Source: Azolla caroliniana | Lineage: Eukaryota; Plantae; Polypodiophyta | DNA length: 64,000 bases | Assembly: GCA_043228905.1 (NCBI GenBank) | Contig: JBHGNT010000021.1 | Location: forward strand, 620,001 to 684,000 | Direction: 5' to 3' | In this document: piece by piece, positions 60,807-64,000 of the stretch | How the letters are laid out: the number at the start of each line of letters is the position of its first letter | Position numbering within the stretch: the stretch's first letter is position 1 | Translations under genes and position numbers: made by a program | The notes under the pieces: model-generated | Told to the model about the DNA's origin: nothing | Seen by the model: only the letters and a program-made list of their open reading frames with translations | Database searches by the model: none

Positions 60807-63800
60807 CGGCGTGTGGCCCATGTGACAGAAAATGCACTTAGGATGACCCTATGGAATTGTAATGGCGCACTCTGGGCACACCCCGGCCGCCTAGAGGAGA
60901 TACTAAAGGTATCTTATATACTTTTCTTGGTAGAAACACATCAGAGCCCAAATAGAGGACTCCCACGGGTCGAAGGATTCTGTTGGGAGTCCGCTTTTAG
61001 ACAAACCTCACGTCGACACACTACTAGGGGATCTGGAGGTGTCGTGATACTATTTCGTAGAGAGCTACATAATAGGATAGAAATAATGAAGATAGACCCA
61101 GAAGCTCGTTTTATGTGGGTGAAAGTCTCCACAAGCAAAGACCATGCAGTATTTTTCGCCATTTGTTACTTTCCCCCAAAAGGATCCCGTTATAATATTG
61201 GTGGCTTGACGAGATTAGTCAATGAAGGAATGCCACATGGGCCTTCTCCATACGAACCCCTATCGGATGACATAATCCGATATTCTTCCCAAGGAGAAGT
61301 ATTTCTTGTAGGAGACTTCAATGCGAGAACCCAATCCTGACAATGCACAGTATTTCAGATGAATAGAAACCTAGATATGGTAAATGTTGATCCTTTAGAC
61401 ATAGGCACCACACGTAGATCAAAAGATGAAGGTGCGGACGCCACGAGCTTTGGCCATCATCTGCTCGAACTTGGCAGTCGGCACCAGATGGTCATATATA
61501 ATGGTTTAGCTAAGTGGCCAAGCTCGGAAGAGCTCACATGTTTCCCACATGGAGGAGGGGAAAGCACAGTTGACTATCTAATAGGGCGCCCTGAAGCTAC
61601 CCACATGATTAACTCATTCTGAGTGGCCCCATGCCCTATTGGCGCAGACCATAGTTTCTTATACTTCGAGCTAAAATGTGATATCTCTAAGGTCACCAAG
61701 TCTAGTCAACCATGCCATCACACCACAATACATTTCACACATGAGCTCTCTGACATATACTCTCAACATGTTCAGGCCCATCTCCCCTCCCTTGATCCCT
61801 CCCTACCGTTAGAAAGCCTTAGTACAAAACTCACACACATCCTTCACTCCGCAGCAGCTAGCAGTTTCCCATATACAAAACACTCAAATCAAGGTAGATC
61901 AGGATCAATGCCACAAAATAAATGGTATGACGAGGATTGTAGGGACCTACATAGACAACTTACAGTATCGCAACTCAATGGTAGTATTACCTCCATACAA
62001 GCTCGCAAAGCAATGTGTAAGATGACACGTCGTAAGAGACGAGCGTGGGAGGCATCCCAATACTGGGAACTCTACCATATGCTCATGAGTAGCGATTGCG
62101 CCACAGCATGGAAGAGACTACGGGAGCCAAGACCACAAACACCCATCGAAGATCCCGAAACTTGGCACACATATACAGAGAGATTTTACCAAATCCCAAA
62201 CCAACCACCCTTTCCAATGCCTTCCACACCCCGGCCTACCACGGGGACACTTTTCACGACCTCTAGGGTCATGAAGGTCATAAAGAAATTACAACATAGG
62301 AAGTCCATGGACCACACAGGATTGCGAGCAGAACACATTATATATATATGCGAGAGAGTGCCTAGCTCCCTTGCTAACTCTAATCTTCAATCGTGCCCTT
62401 GCGGAGGGTTTTCCACCACGGTGGACTATGAATACAGTGGCCCCCATACATAAAGGGGGGGACCCCATGGACCCAAATACATATAGGACCATTATGATAG
62501 GCCATACCCTTGCTAAGTTATATGGTGCAGTAATGGAAGCAGAGCTTAGCGACTACATGGAGACCCTAAACCTTCGTGCACCTGAACAAGCTGGCTTTAG
62601 ACGAGCCTTCTCCACTATTGATCATATCTTCACACTTAGATGCCTAATTGACCAAACTAAGGCTCGCAAGAAGAAATTATATTGTTGTTTTGTGGACTTC
62701 CGCAAAGCCTTTGACACAGTCCCTAGAGAGTGGTTGTTTGATAGACTTAAAAGCTTGAGGATACCAGATGATATGGTATGGGCCATCTACGCACTATATG
62801 AACAAGTGTCCGGGTGTGTCCGATGCCCAGGTGGCCTATCCAATCGTTTCACTAGCACTATTGGTGTAAAAATAGGTTGCCCCCTATCACCGACGCTTTT
62901 TGGGATCTACATTGATGAGATCACAGATTTTATTGCTCGTGAGGGAGGCACCGAAGTGGTCCTTGGGGATACGCAGGTTCGTATCTTGCTCTATGCGGAT
63001 GACATAGTTTTGCTCTCTGAATCTGAACACGACCTACAGAGGCACCTTAATGCCTTAGATGACTTTTGTGTACAACGAGGATTGGTAGTGAATCTAGGGA
63101 AAACAAAAGTCCTTATCTTCCACACATCGGCCCAAGTTAGAGCTAAGTGTCACCTAACTATCTCCCATAGCCCAGTCGAGGTGGTTGGATCATACGTCTA
63201 TCTCGGAGTCACTTTTAGTGCCCGCTCAGGTAAATTTTCGATGACACAGGCAGCGAAGGATAGACTCATGAGAGGACATGCATCCCTCTCACTCCTAGAG
63301 AGACAATGCCACCAAGCACACTTTCAAGAGCCACGGACTAAAGGGTGGCTCTTTGACTCATTAGTGACCCCCTCCCTCATGTATGCATCAGCGGTTTGGG
63401 CTCCAGGATTACCATCTTTCATGTGGACGCAATTAGAGAGACCATTGGTGATGATGTTATCACGCCAACTCCGAAGCAAATCGACTGTACCACATGACAT
63501 TATTAGGGCCGAGTTCACGTTACCCCCAATGCTAGTAGAGGCACTTTTTCAACTTGTAGTCTTCATTTATAGGATACATAGCCAACCACATGATAGAATA
63601 TCTCATCAAGCCTTTAAGGCCTCTCGATCATTGTATGAGTCCGGCTATACTAGCTCATGGTATGGCATGATGGTGAGTTGGCTTCTTGCGAATGTTCTAG
63701 ACATTAATAACCTACCTCCCCTTAGGTACAACCACACGAGTGATAACACCTTAATCTCTCATGAGAACCGCAATAAAGTAATACGCCAAGAAATATGGCA

Positions 63801-64000
63801 AATTTACACTCGGTGTAAATGGATCACCCCACTAGAGCCACTCCCATCTAAAATGTCGTACTATAAGAAACACTTCATGCACTTCTCTGAGTTAGGTTTT
63901 ATCACGCGGCCAAAATATCTAGATGTATTCTTACCACATGCAATAAGGGTTGCCATTGGACAACTTAGAATATCATCTCACCAACTTGAGATTGAAAATG
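60807..64000 (+). pseudogene. LINE ORF2 (APE endonuclease plus reverse transcriptase); stops at 61338 and 61620, frameshift at ~62345; 3'-partial
   Basis: Endonuclease: TLWNCNG, FLVETH, GSGGV, VGDFNART, STVDY, ADH. RT: NTYRTIMI, QAGFR, FVDFRKAFDTVPR, GCPLSPTLF, LLYADD, YVYLGVTF. C-terminal LRISSHQLEIE. Confidence 0.92.

Larger units (their letters stand above)
59530..64000 (+). mobile_element. Non-LTR retrotransposon (LINE, RTE-X-like), nearly complete, 3'-truncated by the window
   Basis: GC/CT-rich putative 5' UTR, then ORF1, then ORF2 with APE endonuclease and RT. The 5' boundary is approximate. Confidence 0.9.

Overview
Eukaryotic land-plant nuclear DNA. It has GT-AG spliceosomal genes with TE-filled introns, abundant microsatellites and an RTE-X-like LINE; a fern or other seed-free plant is my inference. 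In order: the 3' part of a Ty3/gypsy chromovirus with its 3' LTR (1-3769); a 10-exon glycerophosphodiester phosphodiesterase gene (+); a convergent RMND5/GID2-type CTLH E3 ligase gene (-); a 3-exon secreted protein of unknown function (+); a divergent tetraspanin (+); and two tandem MS5/TDM1/SDI1-family TPR genes (-), both with copia debris in intron 3. From about 44 kb onward the window is a stack of nested retroelements: solo LTRs, an old LINE, an old copia, a very young near-intact copia and a younger LINE running off the end. The most striking signal is a perfect 86-bp fold-back inverted duplication in the gag of the young copia. It inactivates the element and could make it a hairpin/siRNA source against its own family. 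Also notable are LINE ORF1 and ORF2 in one frame separated only by TGA-CGG, and a transit-peptide-like ORF cut off from GDPD by a single in-frame TGA. All coordinates were read by eye and no database searches were run.
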